The notes below the pieces were generated by a model that saw only the letters and a program-made list of their open reading frames with translations, was not told the DNA's origin and searched no databases. This document shows, in pieces, positions 40,865 to 53,233 of a stretch of DNA of 64,000 nucleotides (positions within the stretch are counted from its first letter, which is position 1; the number at the start of each line of letters is the position of its first letter). A program made the position numbers and the translations under genes. The stretch comes from Candidatus Poribacteria bacterium (lineage in GTDB: Bacteria > Poribacteria > WGA-4E > WGA-3G), in the NCBI GenBank assembly GCA_965205015.1, contig OZ242029.1:1248001-1312000 (forward strand), given 5' to 3'.

Positions 40865-42265
40865 TCAAATCTCAAGGCGTATAAAAGCGAGATACCCACC
40901 TGATACAAGGACTGCAAGAAATAGCACCAACAGTAATAAATCCGTCGCTGCGGTATTGAAATCGCGGTTGAGGCTGAGTGTGTCTTTAAATTTGGGGATC
41001 GCCTCTGGGCTGACAGGTTTCTGCGACATACCCTCCTGAATCCCAACGACATGAAGACTCTCTGGATCTGCCCTATCCGTATCAATAACAAATTCTCGGT
41101 ATTCACGGGCGTAACGCTGCACATTCTCAATAAATTGCAGATGCCGTTCAAACCCCGTCCCGGCAAAAGATTCAAAGAGGCGTTGGACAATCGCTGTTGG
41201 TGAAATACGGGTTATCGCACGCGCCCGTTTCCCTTGTGCGATCTGCTGCTTCAAATATGCTTCGTTGAAGTGTTCGTATGCTTCTGCTTCTGAGGTAACA
41301 TACTCCCCGAGTACATGCACTGATGGCGTAGTTTGTGAATCTCCGTATTTATCCCGATAGGCTTCGCGTGCCTCATCTGCGAGTTGAATACGCCGATTCC
41401 AGAATTCCACATACGCGATCGGGACCGAGGTCCGACTGCCGATGGATGCTAATGTGTTCGGCATAAACACCACGAAACTCACCCAGATTAACAACAGAAC
41501 GACAAGACTTACACCACTCTCTCGTACCGCTGCAGAGATTAGAAGTCCCAAAGCGATAAAGAGACAGGTATAAAGAATAACAATACCGTACAAGATACCT
41601 AAGCGTCCCCACGCTTCGGTATTGAGTTGGACTGCGTCTGAGGTAGAAATCAGGAGTAGATTCATCAACACCGCAATCGCGAACGGAATGTTAACACTGA
41701 TAAACGCGCCTAAAAACTTCCCTGCCAGGACGGTGTGCCGCGGGATAGCGTTTGCCAATGTCAACCGCAATGTGCCGCGTTCCAATTCGCCAGAGATCGA
41801 ATCGAAAGTGAACAAAAGTGCAATAAAACTCAGCACATAACCGACGATGAACGCCCAATCGAGTGTTGTGAAATCGGGACGAATGTTAAACAGATTTGGT
41901 GTCTCTTGGGGATACCCCATCCGCCAGATAGGTGTCATGTCAGCGATCCTGCGAGCGAAGTTTGCTCCGTTGGCGTGTGTCGGTAGGAACGCCTCATCAC
42001 CCTCTGCACAGAAACGGAGGGGTGAGGGTGCTTTATGGAGATCACCCGGTCCTTCTGTCGCGAGGCGATATAAGTTGGTGCTGCGCGCTTCTAAGGTCTT
42101 TATAGCACCGGCAGCGGCGTTGTGATATGTCTGTGCCCGCGCTGGATGTTCGCGCAGATACACACTGGCATTGGTCAGCAGCAATGCCAGCAGCAACACC
42201 GTCGCTAATGCGAAACGGAGGCTATTCAGGTTGTCGTAGAGTTCACGCTTTGCAATATGCCACAT
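40865..42265 (-). CDS. ABC-2 exporter permease, type B copy 3
   Basis: MWHIAKRELYDNLNSLRF; FDSISGELERGTLRLTLAN; 6 TM helices with two large extracytoplasmic loops. Confidence 0.88.
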   Translation of the reverse strand: MWHIAKRELYDNLNSLRFALATVLLLALLLTNASVYLREHPARAQTYHNAAAGAIKTLEARSTNLYRLATEGPGDLHKAPSPLRFCAEGDEAFLPTHANGANFARRIADMTPIWRMGYPQETPNLFNIRPDFTTLDWAFIVGYVLSFIALLFTFDSISGELERGTLRLTLANAIPRHTVLAGKFLGAFISVNIPFAIAVLMNLLLISTSDAVQLNTEAWGRLGILYGIVILYTCLFIALGLLISAAVRESGVSLVVLLLIWVSFVVFMPNTLASIGSRTSVPIAYVEFWNRRIQLADEAREAYRDKYGDSQTTPSVHVLGEYVTSEAEAYEHFNEAYLKQQIAQGKRARAITRISPTAIVQRLFESFAGTGFERHLQFIENVQRYAREYREFVIDTDRADPESLHVVGIQEGMSQKPVSPEAIPKFKDTLSLNRDFNTAATDLLLLVLFLAVLVSGGYLAFIRLEI

Positions 42266-42369
42266 TGGTTGTCGGTTATCGGTTGTCAGTTGTCAGTTTT
42301 TAATGCGTTGGGTTTCACGTTGTTCAACCCACCCTACCACCTGCTGACTGCTGATCGGTGCCAGCCATT

Positions 42370-43863
42370 CTATACTTCGCTTCTGGTGAAAATAAGAACG
42401 ATCCCCATAAACAAAACGAGGTTGGCTATAAGCAGTAGAAACAGATCCGGTAATGCCCGTTTTGCATTCGTCCCGACATCACCTCTCTGAAAAGTAAACT
42501 GAGGGAGTGTGCTCCAATCTACGGTGCCTTTATCGGCGACAAACCACTCCCGTGACGCAAACGCGTCTTTTGCATAGAGATCGTCAATTATAATTTTCCG
42601 GTAACGTCGCGCTGCCTCGAAAAAATCTCTGAGTCCTAATAAGTCAGTCCCTGCCCACGCCTGCGTCGCAGCATCATATATGCCGACGGGTGAGAGTTTC
42701 AACAGTGTTCTATCCATTGTGGCTTGTCGGACGTAAATTTCATCAAGTGCCTGCTTGCGGATGCGCCACGCTTTTTCTGCTGTTCGGGTAGCCAACGGTT
42801 CAACGAAATTGTAATACCGCTTAGCGACAGGGACGTACTTCTCAAAGTCCGGGCGGATCTCTGAAACAACACTCATATTTTCAATATAAGTCGTCAGGGT
42901 TACGGAATCCACATCCGCTTGGTGATAAAACCCCAACGCCTTGCTGAACTCCGAGGTCTCGCCAGCGATTCCCTCGTTTTCAAGGAACTTTTGACGTTCT
43001 CTTTCATATTCATCTACAATTTGTTGAATCTTGTTGTGAGCAGTTTTCACACGTACTTGGAGGTCGCCCCCTGGATTCACCATTGCCCGAATCAAATTCG
43101 GATACACGAGTATCAGAAACCCCCATACAAACATCGCAAGCATTAACGCCGTGCCGGTTCTACGCGTCGCTACAGAAATCAGTAACCCAATGAGGTAGAA
43201 CAGAGATAGATACGCGAACGAAGCGAAAATAATTCCCGCAATGCGGAAAAAATCAGCCGTTGACAGTGGAATTGAACGCGTTAACAACAGCAGTGCAAAA
43301 AGCAGACTCAATATCAGCGGAACCAACAGACACGCCATCGCACTGATATATTTCGCAAGCAAAATCTGCCCGCGTCCGATAGACTGTGCCAGAACGAGAC
43401 GCAATGTGCCGCGTTCATGTTCTCCTGCAATCGCATCGTAAGCGAATATTAATCCCATTAGGCTGAGAATAACCTCAAAGACAAAGACAATATCGATTGA
43501 AGAGAAGAACGCGATAAACGGGTTGTCCGTGCCGTGCATTTGGGCATCCCAGAGTGTCGGCATAAATCCGTGATAGATACCAATGAGGTTGCCCAAACGT
43601 TTATCTAACCCGACATTGAAAATACTCAACGGATTCGGTGCCCGGTCAAGGAACAGATACGAATTAGAATAGGTTTTGGAATTGTGTAAATCCTGATAAT
43701 GCATTTTGACGGCATTATTGTAACTCTCCAAACGTTGTTCGTAATCTTGGACAAGCACGATCGTATTTGCAACAACGAGCAGCAGCGTGATGAGCAGGAC
43801 GGCTGCGAAACGGAAGGTCATTAGATTGTCAAGGAGTTCCCTGCGAATAAGTGTTAGTAGCAT
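42370..43863 (-). CDS. ABC-2 exporter permease, type A copy 3
   Basis: MLLTLIRRELLDNLMTFRF; YDAIAGEHERGTLRLVL. Confidence 0.88.
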   Translation of the reverse strand: MLLTLIRRELLDNLMTFRFAAVLLITLLLVVANTIVLVQDYEQRLESYNNAVKMHYQDLHNSKTYSNSYLFLDRAPNPLSIFNVGLDKRLGNLIGIYHGFMPTLWDAQMHGTDNPFIAFFSSIDIVFVFEVILSLMGLIFAYDAIAGEHERGTLRLVLAQSIGRGQILLAKYISAMACLLVPLILSLLFALLLLTRSIPLSTADFFRIAGIIFASFAYLSLFYLIGLLISVATRRTGTALMLAMFVWGFLILVYPNLIRAMVNPGGDLQVRVKTAHNKIQQIVDEYERERQKFLENEGIAGETSEFSKALGFYHQADVDSVTLTTYIENMSVVSEIRPDFEKYVPVAKRYYNFVEPLATRTAEKAWRIRKQALDEIYVRQATMDRTLLKLSPVGIYDAATQAWAGTDLLGLRDFFEAARRYRKIIIDDLYAKDAFASREWFVADKGTVDWSTLPQFTFQRGDVGTNAKRALPDLFLLLIANLVLFMGIVLIFTRSEV

Positions 43864-43866
43864 CTA

Positions 43867-45264
43867 TTACACCTCAACGCGCACAAATGCCAGATACGCT
43901 CCTGAGGAAAGAACAACGAAAAACAGCACCAACAGCAATAAATCTATCGCTGCGGCGTTGAAGTCTTTACTTAGGCTGATTGTATCTTCAAAGATCGGGA
44001 TTGATTCCGGACGCACGGGTTTCTGAGACATGGCTCTCCGAACACCTATGAGATGGAGGCTTTCTGGATCCCCCCTATCGGTGTCAACGATAAATTTGCG
44101 ATATTCGCTGGCGTAGCGCTGGGCGTTCTCTAAAAATTGTAGATGTCGTTCAAAACCGGTTCCGGCAAAGGATTCAAGGAGATGCTGGAGAACTGCAGTC
44201 GGTGAGATGCGAGTTATAGAACGGGCATGTTGAACCTGTACGATCTGCGCGTCCAACCGTTTTTCAATCAAGCGCTCCTGCTCTGCTGCTTCATGTGTGA
44301 CATACTTGCTCCCTGCATGCAAAGCTTCTGATCTGGATCTGCCCAACACGCGACGGTATTCCTCAAGGTGTTTGTCATTAATTTGTTTTTGGAGTACCCG
44401 TAATTGATCTTTCGACATGGGCGAGGAGAAGCCGCTGGCAATTAGCGCGAGAACACTGGGCATAAAAACCACAAGTGTAACCCACGTCAGCAGAAGCATG
44501 ACCAGACTTACGGCGCTGCGCTGCACACGCGTAGACACAAGCAAACCCAACGCCAGAAACAGACAGATGTAGAGGAGCGCGACAAAGAAGATGATGCCTA
44601 AGCGTCCCCATGCATCAGCATCGAGGTAGACTGTACTTGATGTGGACAGCACCAGAAGATTTATCAACACAGCCAGCGCGAAAGGGATACTAATGCTCAT
44701 CAACGCCCCTAAAAACTTGCCGATCAGGATGGTGTGGCGCGGCACTGAATTGGCTAACATCAATCGAAGTGTGCCACGTTCACGTTCACCAGCAACAACA
44801 TCGAAGGTAAACAGAAGTGCTATCAGACTCAACACATAACCGATCACAAATGCCCAATCTATTTTCGTAACGTCCGGACGAATATTTGTCAGATTTGCGG
44901 TCGCCTCTGGATACCGCATCTGCCAGAAACTTTTTAGATCTCCGTTTTCCCAAAAGTAGTGCTGTGCCTCAACAGCCCCTGACAGAAAGGGATCGCCGCC
45001 TTCGACACAGAAGTAAAGATCGGAGGGTTTTTTGTAAAGCTTTCCGGGTCCCTTTTGTGCGAGTTCATACAGACTCCCCACCCGTGCCTCTAAAGTATTA
45101 CGCGCATCTCTGACAGCGGTGAGATACCTCTGTACCCTTACTGGCTGCTCTTGGAGATGCACAATCGCATTGGTGAGCATCAAGCCCAATAGTAACACGG
45201 TTGTTAGGGCAAACCGGAGGCTATTTAGGTTATCGTAGAGTTCACGTTTTGCGATATGCCACAT
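43867..45264 (-). CDS. ABC-2 exporter permease, type B copy 2
   Basis: MWHIAKRELYDNLNSLRF; GERERGTLRLMLAN. Confidence 0.88.
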   Translation of the reverse strand: MWHIAKRELYDNLNSLRFALTTVLLLGLMLTNAIVHLQEQPVRVQRYLTAVRDARNTLEARVGSLYELAQKGPGKLYKKPSDLYFCVEGGDPFLSGAVEAQHYFWENGDLKSFWQMRYPEATANLTNIRPDVTKIDWAFVIGYVLSLIALLFTFDVVAGERERGTLRLMLANSVPRHTILIGKFLGALMSISIPFALAVLINLLVLSTSSTVYLDADAWGRLGIIFFVALLYICLFLALGLLVSTRVQRSAVSLVMLLLTWVTLVVFMPSVLALIASGFSSPMSKDQLRVLQKQINDKHLEEYRRVLGRSRSEALHAGSKYVTHEAAEQERLIEKRLDAQIVQVQHARSITRISPTAVLQHLLESFAGTGFERHLQFLENAQRYASEYRKFIVDTDRGDPESLHLIGVRRAMSQKPVRPESIPIFEDTISLSKDFNAAAIDLLLLVLFFVVLSSGAYLAFVRVEV

Positions 45265-45266
45265 TT

Positions 45267-46784
45267 TTACACTTCACTCTTGACGAAAATCAGCAATATG
45301 ATGATGAACAGGGACAAATTGATCATTAACAGTAAGGACAGATCTGGTAAGGCGCGTTTTGCATTTACGCCTATATCACCACTCTGAAAAGAGAACCGAG
45401 GAAGTGTGTCCCAATCCACCTTCCCCTTGTCCGCAGCGAACCACCGTCGAGAACCGAACGCCTTCCTATCGTATAGATAGGCGACTACTGCTTGCCGGTA
45501 TTCTCGAATTGCGTGGAAAAAATCTTGAATACCTCTCAAATCGGTGCCTGCCCACGCCTGTGTTGTGGCATCGTACATCCCGACCGGCGACAGCTTTAGC
45601 AATATTCTATCAACGAACGCTGGCTTTACGAAGATTTCCTGTAGCACCTGTTTTCGGATAAGCCATGCCCGGTTTGCCGTATCAACCATGCGCGGTCCGA
45701 GGAAACCGTAGTAATTTTGGGCGTGTGGCACTTGCGGGAGATGTCTGTCATAGAAGTCGTTATAGGATATAACACTCCAATACCAATACAACAAGGTCAA
45801 TTGGTTCTCTATAAATCCATCGCCGCTTGACCACCCACTGGGACCCTCCATATTAAACATCGGGTCCTCTCCTGAAACAGGGTCATTAGCCAAGAAGTTT
45901 TTTCGCTCTCTATCGAATTCTTCATATATCTGCTTTATTTCATTGAGAGCAGATGCCCCGCGCGCGCTTGAGGTGTCTTGTGGAACAATCGTGGCAAGAA
46001 TCATATTCGGATAGACCAATACCAAGAACCCCCAAACAAACATTGACAGCATCAGCGCTGTGCTGGTGCGGTGCGTTACTGATGAAATCAGTAGCCCTAT
46101 GAGGTAAAACACTGAGAGATATACAAGCGATGATAGAACGATCCCACCGATACAGAGAAAATCATCGGTCCTCAAGGAAATTGAAGTGGATATCGTTAGC
46201 AAAATTACAGCGAGGAGCAGACTCATCAGCAACGGAATAAGTAAGCAGAGCATCGCACTGATATACTTTGCAAACAGGATATGCCCACGTCGGACAGGGT
46301 GCGTTAGGACGAGACGTAAGGTGCCACGCTCGCGTTCCCCGGCAAGGGCATCGTAGGCGAATATGAGTGCAAGTAGACTGAGGACGCCCTCGAAAATAAA
46401 GACGATATCAATGGAAGAAAAGATATTGAGAAACGAATTATCCGAACTGTCCATTTCGGCATCCCACAGTGACGGGACAAACCAAGGGGACACCTGAATT
46501 TTGTTACCCAGCCGCTTATCCAACCCAACATTGAACAGACTCAAGGGGTTGGGTGGACGATCAACGTACAATCTCAGCATCCCGGGCGAATAGGTTTGCC
46601 ACTTATGCAATCTCTGCCGATGTGTCTCAATGGAGGTGTTGTAACTCTCTAATCGACGCTCATAATCCTCGATGAGTACAGCGGTGGCGGCAACCACAAG
46701 CAAGAGTGTAATGAAAACAGCTGCAGCGAACCGGAATGTCATGAGAGTGTCGAGGAGTTCTCGACGGATGAGTGTTATGAACAT
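45267..46784 (-). CDS. ABC-2 exporter permease, type A copy 2
   Basis: MFITLIRRELLDTLMTFRF; YDALAGERERGTLRLVL. Confidence 0.88.
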   Translation of the reverse strand: MFITLIRRELLDTLMTFRFAAAVFITLLLVVAATAVLIEDYERRLESYNTSIETHRQRLHKWQTYSPGMLRLYVDRPPNPLSLFNVGLDKRLGNKIQVSPWFVPSLWDAEMDSSDNSFLNIFSSIDIVFIFEGVLSLLALIFAYDALAGERERGTLRLVLTHPVRRGHILFAKYISAMLCLLIPLLMSLLLAVILLTISTSISLRTDDFLCIGGIVLSSLVYLSVFYLIGLLISSVTHRTSTALMLSMFVWGFLVLVYPNMILATIVPQDTSSARGASALNEIKQIYEEFDRERKNFLANDPVSGEDPMFNMEGPSGWSSGDGFIENQLTLLYWYWSVISYNDFYDRHLPQVPHAQNYYGFLGPRMVDTANRAWLIRKQVLQEIFVKPAFVDRILLKLSPVGMYDATTQAWAGTDLRGIQDFFHAIREYRQAVVAYLYDRKAFGSRRWFAADKGKVDWDTLPRFSFQSGDIGVNAKRALPDLSLLLMINLSLFIIILLIFVKSEV

Positions 46785-46787
46785 CTA

Positions 46788-48200
46788 TTACACCTCAACG
46801 CGCACAAAGGCGAGATACGCCCCCGATAGAAGCACGATGACGAACAGTGTTAGCAACAGCAAGTCGATTGCTGCTGCGTTGAAATCTTTGCTAAGGCTGA
46901 GTGTATCCTCAAATTTGGGAACTGCTTCTGGACTGACAGGTTTCTTGGACATACCTTCACGAATGCCGATGAAATGGGGACTCTCCGGATCGGCTCTGTC
47001 GGTGTCATCAATGAATACTCGAAATTGTTGGGCGTAAACTTTAACGTTCTCTAAGAACTGTAAATGCCTCTCAAACCCTGTTCCTGCAAAGGCTTCAAGG
47101 AGATGCTGGAAAATCGTGACAGGCGAAAGCCGGGTGATGGCACGTGCTCGTTTCACCTGAGAAATCCGTTGGTTTAAGCGTTCTGCGTGCAAGCGTTCCT
47201 GCTGTTCAGCATCTTTGATAACGTACTCGCCTGACAATTGTATGCTTTTCATCGAATCGTCACGCGGCCCATACCGATAATCACTGTATTCTTCTCCAAG
47301 TTCATTGTGAAGTTGCCAGGAGCGTTCCGAAAATCCAAAAGTAGGTCTGGGCGACGCGGATCCGCCTGCAATAGAGGCAAGGGTGCTCGGCATAAAAACA
47401 ACAAGGGTGACCCAAACCAGGAGGAGGACCACAAGACTGACTGCGCTCCGTTGCACCCGCGTCGACACTAATAGCCCTAAAGCGAGAAACAGACATGTGT
47501 ATAGGAACGCGATACCGAAGATGATACCTAAACGTCCCCACGCGTCTGCCCCGAGATGAACATCGCTCGACGTGGAGATCACCAACAGATTGACCAACAC
47601 GGCGAGTGTAAACGGGATGTTAACACTTATCAATGCCCCCCAAAATTTGCCAATCAAGACAGTATGCCGTGGAATGGAATTCGCCAAGGTCAGTCGTAAG
47701 GTGCCACGTTCGCGCTCACCGGAAATGGAATCGAAGGTAAATAGAAGCGCGACGAGACTTAAGACGTAGCCGATGATAAATCCCCAGTCTACTTTGGTAA
47801 CGTCTGGACGAACATTATCCCGATTCGGGGTAGCAGATGGGTATACCAATATCCAGAAACTTTTTAATCTGTCGGTGCTCCAACGATGGTATCCGCCTTG
47901 TGCCTGATTTGACAAAAACGCTTCACCGCCCTCTATACAAAAACGGAGATCGGAAGGCTTTTTGTAAAGATTGCCAGGTCCCTGCTGTGCCAGATCATAT
48001 AAACCGTTCCCGGCATGAGATGCGATGCGATTCTGATGTTTGGCAACATCGTCACGATATCGCTGGACCCGCTCTGGATGTTCCCGTAGATGCAAAACGG
48101 CGTTCGTCAGCATCAACCCAAGCAACAATACCGTTGCCAGCGCGAATCGGAGGCTATTGAGATTATCGTAGAGTTCACGTTTCGCTATATGCCAAATCAT
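46788..48200 (-). CDS. ABC-2 exporter permease, type B copy 1
   Basis: MIWHIAKRELYDNLNSLRF; FDSISGERERGTLRLTLAN. Confidence 0.88.
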   Translation of the reverse strand: MIWHIAKRELYDNLNSLRFALATVLLLGLMLTNAVLHLREHPERVQRYRDDVAKHQNRIASHAGNGLYDLAQQGPGNLYKKPSDLRFCIEGGEAFLSNQAQGGYHRWSTDRLKSFWILVYPSATPNRDNVRPDVTKVDWGFIIGYVLSLVALLFTFDSISGERERGTLRLTLANSIPRHTVLIGKFWGALISVNIPFTLAVLVNLLVISTSSDVHLGADAWGRLGIIFGIAFLYTCLFLALGLLVSTRVQRSAVSLVVLLLVWVTLVVFMPSTLASIAGGSASPRPTFGFSERSWQLHNELGEEYSDYRYGPRDDSMKSIQLSGEYVIKDAEQQERLHAERLNQRISQVKRARAITRLSPVTIFQHLLEAFAGTGFERHLQFLENVKVYAQQFRVFIDDTDRADPESPHFIGIREGMSKKPVSPEAVPKFEDTLSLSKDFNAAAIDLLLLTLFVIVLLSGAYLAFVRVEV

Positions 48201-48230
48201 TTTATAGTTATCAGTTGACCGAAAACCATT

Positions 48231-49742
48231 CTACACTTCGGTTTTGACGAAAATCAGGAATATTACGATGAAAAGTGCGACATTCATCATGAGTAAAAGG
48301 CACATATCCGGTAAGGCGCGTTTGGTATTTTTGCCGATATCTACTGTTTGAAAAGAGAATTGCGGCAGACCGCTCCAATCTGCCGCCTCCTTGTCCGAAG
48401 AGAACCATTGTCGAGATCCAAACGCCTCTTTATCGTAGAGATAGTCAATCACCTGCTGTCTATAGTGTCTTGCGGTGTCGAAAAAATCTCTGACCCCGCG
48501 CAAATCTGTGCCTGCCCATGCTTGTGTTGTTGCATCATAGAGTCCGACTGGCGAAAGTTTCAAATAGAGTCTTTCCACATTCGCCGGGTGAATATAGATA
48601 TCTTCCAGTGCAGGCTTGCGAATGAGCCATGTCCGGTCGGCTGCACCGATAATCTGGGATCCGAGGAAACGGAAATGCTTCTGTGCGTGGGGCATTTTGG
48701 GTTCATCTTGCTCACCAAATCCATCAAACTCCATGACACTTTCATAGGTGTACAGGAGTGCGCGGGGGTTATCCCAAAAGTAAGCGTGGCGGGATCCCCA
48801 TCCTCTGAGTTCAAGTCCCCAATCCTCCCCTGGAAAATCATCAGTGGCAAGGAAATGCTTCCGTTCTCTGTCGAATTCCTCCCACATCTGTCTGATTCGA
48901 TTGAAATTGGAGGTCGTGCGCGCTTGTAGGTCATCATGCCGCGGGATCACAGCCAAGATCACATTCGGATACACCAGCACCAAAAATCCCCAGACGAACA
49001 TGGAGAGCATCAAGGCGGTGCTGGTTCTACGCGTCGCCGCCGAAATCAGCAGTCCGATGAGGTAAAATACGGAAAGATACGCGATAGATGCGAAAATAAT
49101 ACCGCCGATGCGTAGGAAATCATCGGTATTCAGGGAGATCGCGGTAGACATCGCCAGCAGCATCACAGAGAGCAGTAAGCTCATCAGCAGTGGCACCAAT
49201 AGGCAGAGCATTGCACCGATGTATTTGGCAAACAGGATATATCCACGTCCAATGGGATGTGTCAGGACTAAACGTAGCGTTCCCTGCTCGTATTCTCCCG
49301 CCAGTGCGTCGTAGGCGAAGATCAGTGCCATTAGACTCAGGATAACCTCAAGGATAAAGACAATATCCATTGAGGCGAACATATCCATGAACGGATTATC
49401 CGAGCCGTGCATACCTGCATCCCAGAGGGTCGGAACAAATCCGTGTGTCACTAAAACTTCGTTTCCGAGCCGTTTATCGAATCCAGTATTGAGGATGCTC
49501 AATGGATTCGGGGGCCGATCGACCCGCAATTTCTCCATCCCTGCGGAATACGTCTTTTTCTCCTGCAGTTGCCGTTGATGCATTTTGACAGCGGTATTGT
49601 GGCCTGCCAAGCGCCGCTCATAATCCTCTATAAGCACAACGGTATTCGCGACCACAAGCAGCAACATAATAAAAACCGCTGCAGCGAATCGGAATGTCAT
49701 GAGATTATCAAGGAGTTCTCGACGGATGAGTGTTGTTAGCAT
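48231..49742 (-). CDS. ABC-2 exporter permease, type A copy 1
   Basis: MLTTLIRRELLDNLMTFRF; YDALAGEYEQGTLRLVL. Confidence 0.88.
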   Translation of the reverse strand: MLTTLIRRELLDNLMTFRFAAAVFIMLLLVVANTVVLIEDYERRLAGHNTAVKMHQRQLQEKKTYSAGMEKLRVDRPPNPLSILNTGFDKRLGNEVLVTHGFVPTLWDAGMHGSDNPFMDMFASMDIVFILEVILSLMALIFAYDALAGEYEQGTLRLVLTHPIGRGYILFAKYIGAMLCLLVPLLMSLLLSVMLLAMSTAISLNTDDFLRIGGIIFASIAYLSVFYLIGLLISAATRRTSTALMLSMFVWGFLVLVYPNVILAVIPRHDDLQARTTSNFNRIRQMWEEFDRERKHFLATDDFPGEDWGLELRGWGSRHAYFWDNPRALLYTYESVMEFDGFGEQDEPKMPHAQKHFRFLGSQIIGAADRTWLIRKPALEDIYIHPANVERLYLKLSPVGLYDATTQAWAGTDLRGVRDFFDTARHYRQQVIDYLYDKEAFGSRQWFSSDKEAADWSGLPQFSFQTVDIGKNTKRALPDMCLLLMMNVALFIVIFLIFVKTEV

Positions 49743-49951
49743 GATGTTTAACTCTTTACAAGTTTACCAGTTTTATCCCTTTTCGGCAAAGGCAAGGCAA
49801 GATATGATACTGTCTTAAGCGAAAGACAATCTGAATCCACGGTACTAACCCATTATAACCGAATCGGCTTCTTCTGCTTCATTAAATTTGCTTTCTACTC
49901 ATAACATGAGTAACGAGTTGAAGTGAGTGGGAAAAGAGGAGCGAAAAGAAA

Positions 49952-50028
49952 TGGTGGGCTTACCTGGAATCGAACCAGGGACCTCGCGCTTATCAGGCGC
50001 GCGCTCTAACCGTCTGAGCTATAAGCCC
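49952..50028 (-). tRNA. tRNA-Ile (GAT)
   Basis: GGGCTTATAGCTCAGACGGTTAGAGCGCGCGCCTGATAAGCGCGAGGTCCCTGGTTCGATTCCAGGTAAGCCCACCA: cloverleaf, GAT anticodon, encoded CCA. Confidence 0.97.
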
Positions 50029-50089
50029 ACAAAAAGGAGAGATATTCACGAAAAACGGTTTCGCTTTCGTTTGTCAATAAGCACTATTA

Positions 50090-50118
50090 AGTATACACCC
50101 TAAAAGCAGATTTGTCAA
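50090..50118 (-). promoter_or_regulatory. Sigma70 promoter immediately upstream of tRNA-Ile
   Basis: TTGACA-17nt-TATACT. Confidence 0.7.
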
Positions 50119-50471
50119 ATTAATTTGTTAAAATTGGGTTTTGATGACTCCCCACGCCGTTGCTAACTTAAGACGGGGTGAAACAGGACGAACCTTATCA
50201 ATATCGGCAATACTTTCGACAACAACCATATTATCGAAGTAACTGACACGAAAAATTGGGACACGAAAAAATTAGACTTAAAATCCTTTTTTGTAAATAG
50301 AACCTTAAGGAAATTCAGATTGGATGTAAAAGGAAAATTGGATTGATTCGTATAGCAAAAGGCTTGCTGTATCCTGTAAGAAGATGTTCTTGAAAGTTAA
50401 ACAGTTTGGGTGCGTGTCTTATAAGGTAAAGAGCTGAACATAAGCACTGTGTGAGAGTTCTTATGTTAATG

Positions 50472-52029
<1,558 letters not shown>

Positions 52030-52148
52030 AGTATTGAAGTACATCTTCAAAGAATCGAAGTGCACTCACAAGCTATTAATAGGCACGTCACGTTCACTAT
52101 TTAACTTTCAAAGAACAAAATCACCTTTCTTGTCAAAAGGTAATGTTA

Positions 52149-52177
52149 ATTATACACGCTAAAAAAAAGTTTGTCAA
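52149..52177 (-). promoter_or_regulatory. rRNA promoter; boxA-like leader downstream
   Basis: Perfect TTGACA-17nt-TATAAT; boxA-like TGTTCTTTGAAA at ~52106-52117. Confidence 0.85.
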
Positions 52178-52436
52178 ATAAAATTGTAAAAAAAAAGGGT
52201 AATTTTGCCCCAAAAGCCCATCTTTATAACAATTTTATGACTTTTTTTCCATAAAAACGTCTCTTTTAGCGGTCTTTGGCATTTTTGCCTAATTTTTACG
52301 TGATTTCGCGCTGCACACGCATCGTTTATTCCATACACCTGCCGATGTGTAAACATTTTGTCAAAAGGAACAGAGTTGGGATAAACATGCCGCCTTTACA
52401 GGGCTTGAGTGTTGTTTTGAACGTTTTTCTGGGCTT

Positions 52437-53225
52437 TTATGGCCAATACGTTATGCTTTTCCCAACTGTTTCTGATGGGTCAACATATTTAGCCAGATCG
52501 CGCAACGCAACAACGGTACAACCGCTGTCCCGAAGATAATCCATGTAGGTCTTAAACTGCTCAGGTGAAACATCAACCCACGGATGCTCAAGCGCAGGTA
52601 CACCGTGAAACGTCAGGACTGCGATTTTTCCGTCCTGTGCCTGTTCAACCGCCCAGACCAAATCCTCAAATCCGTAGTTCGGACCGGGAACACCTGTTGA
52701 CGGAACAACCAATGGATGATGGACATTCGGATCGTAAGCCGGTCCGCGCCCGCCCTCTGGATGAAATGGAAACTCCGGTCCAATGCCACGCCGCGCGAAA
52801 CGATATCCTTTCTCCGTCAGCGCTTCTAACGCTTCCGGTCCGCGACAATCCGCAGGATAGCCAAAGGTCTGAGGGATGGGAATACGGTATTCCTCACATC
52901 GTTTATCAATGTGTATCAGGTCCGCCAGCAACTCCTCTTTCGATTGTGTGTTGGCGTGTTTATGATGACGGGTGTGGTTCCCTATCTCGAAACCCGCCTC
53001 GTGCAATTGACGGATCTCCTCCCATGTGACATAGTGCGCCTTGCTGTTGAGAAAATTGAGACCTTCAGTGATGAAAAATGTCGCCCCAAAACCGTAACGC
53101 TTCAATAGTGGTCCAACATAAGCATAATCCGACTTGTTACCGTCATCAAAGGTGAGGACCACCAACCCGTCGGGGATGGGTTGCAGGGTTTCAACTTTAG
53201 ACAATTCCTGATTTTCTTTTTGCAT
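52437..53225 (-). CDS. Polysaccharide deacetylase (CE4/NodB family)
   Basis: VLTFDDG, ATFFI, EIGNHTRHH, FGYP, LTFHG. Start MQKEN at 53225. Confidence 0.88.
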   Translation of the reverse strand: MQKENQELSKVETLQPIPDGLVVLTFDDGNKSDYAYVGPLLKRYGFGATFFITEGLNFLNSKAHYVTWEEIRQLHEAGFEIGNHTRHHKHANTQSKEELLADLIHIDKRCEEYRIPIPQTFGYPADCRGPEALEALTEKGYRFARRGIGPEFPFHPEGGRGPAYDPNVHHPLVVPSTGVPGPNYGFEDLVWAVEQAQDGKIAVLTFHGVPALEHPWVDVSPEQFKTYMDYLRDSGCTVVALRDLAKYVDPSETVGKSITYWP

Positions 53226-53233
53226 TTTTCCAC

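Noticed and set aside
40865-49742. Diversity-generating retroelement as the source of permease variability
   Set aside because: No reverse transcriptase or template repeat in the window; differences include indels and are not adenine-specific.
39640-50028. tRNA-Ile-anchored integrative island
   Set aside because: No integrase, and I could not find a duplicated tRNA 3' end (att site) by eye.
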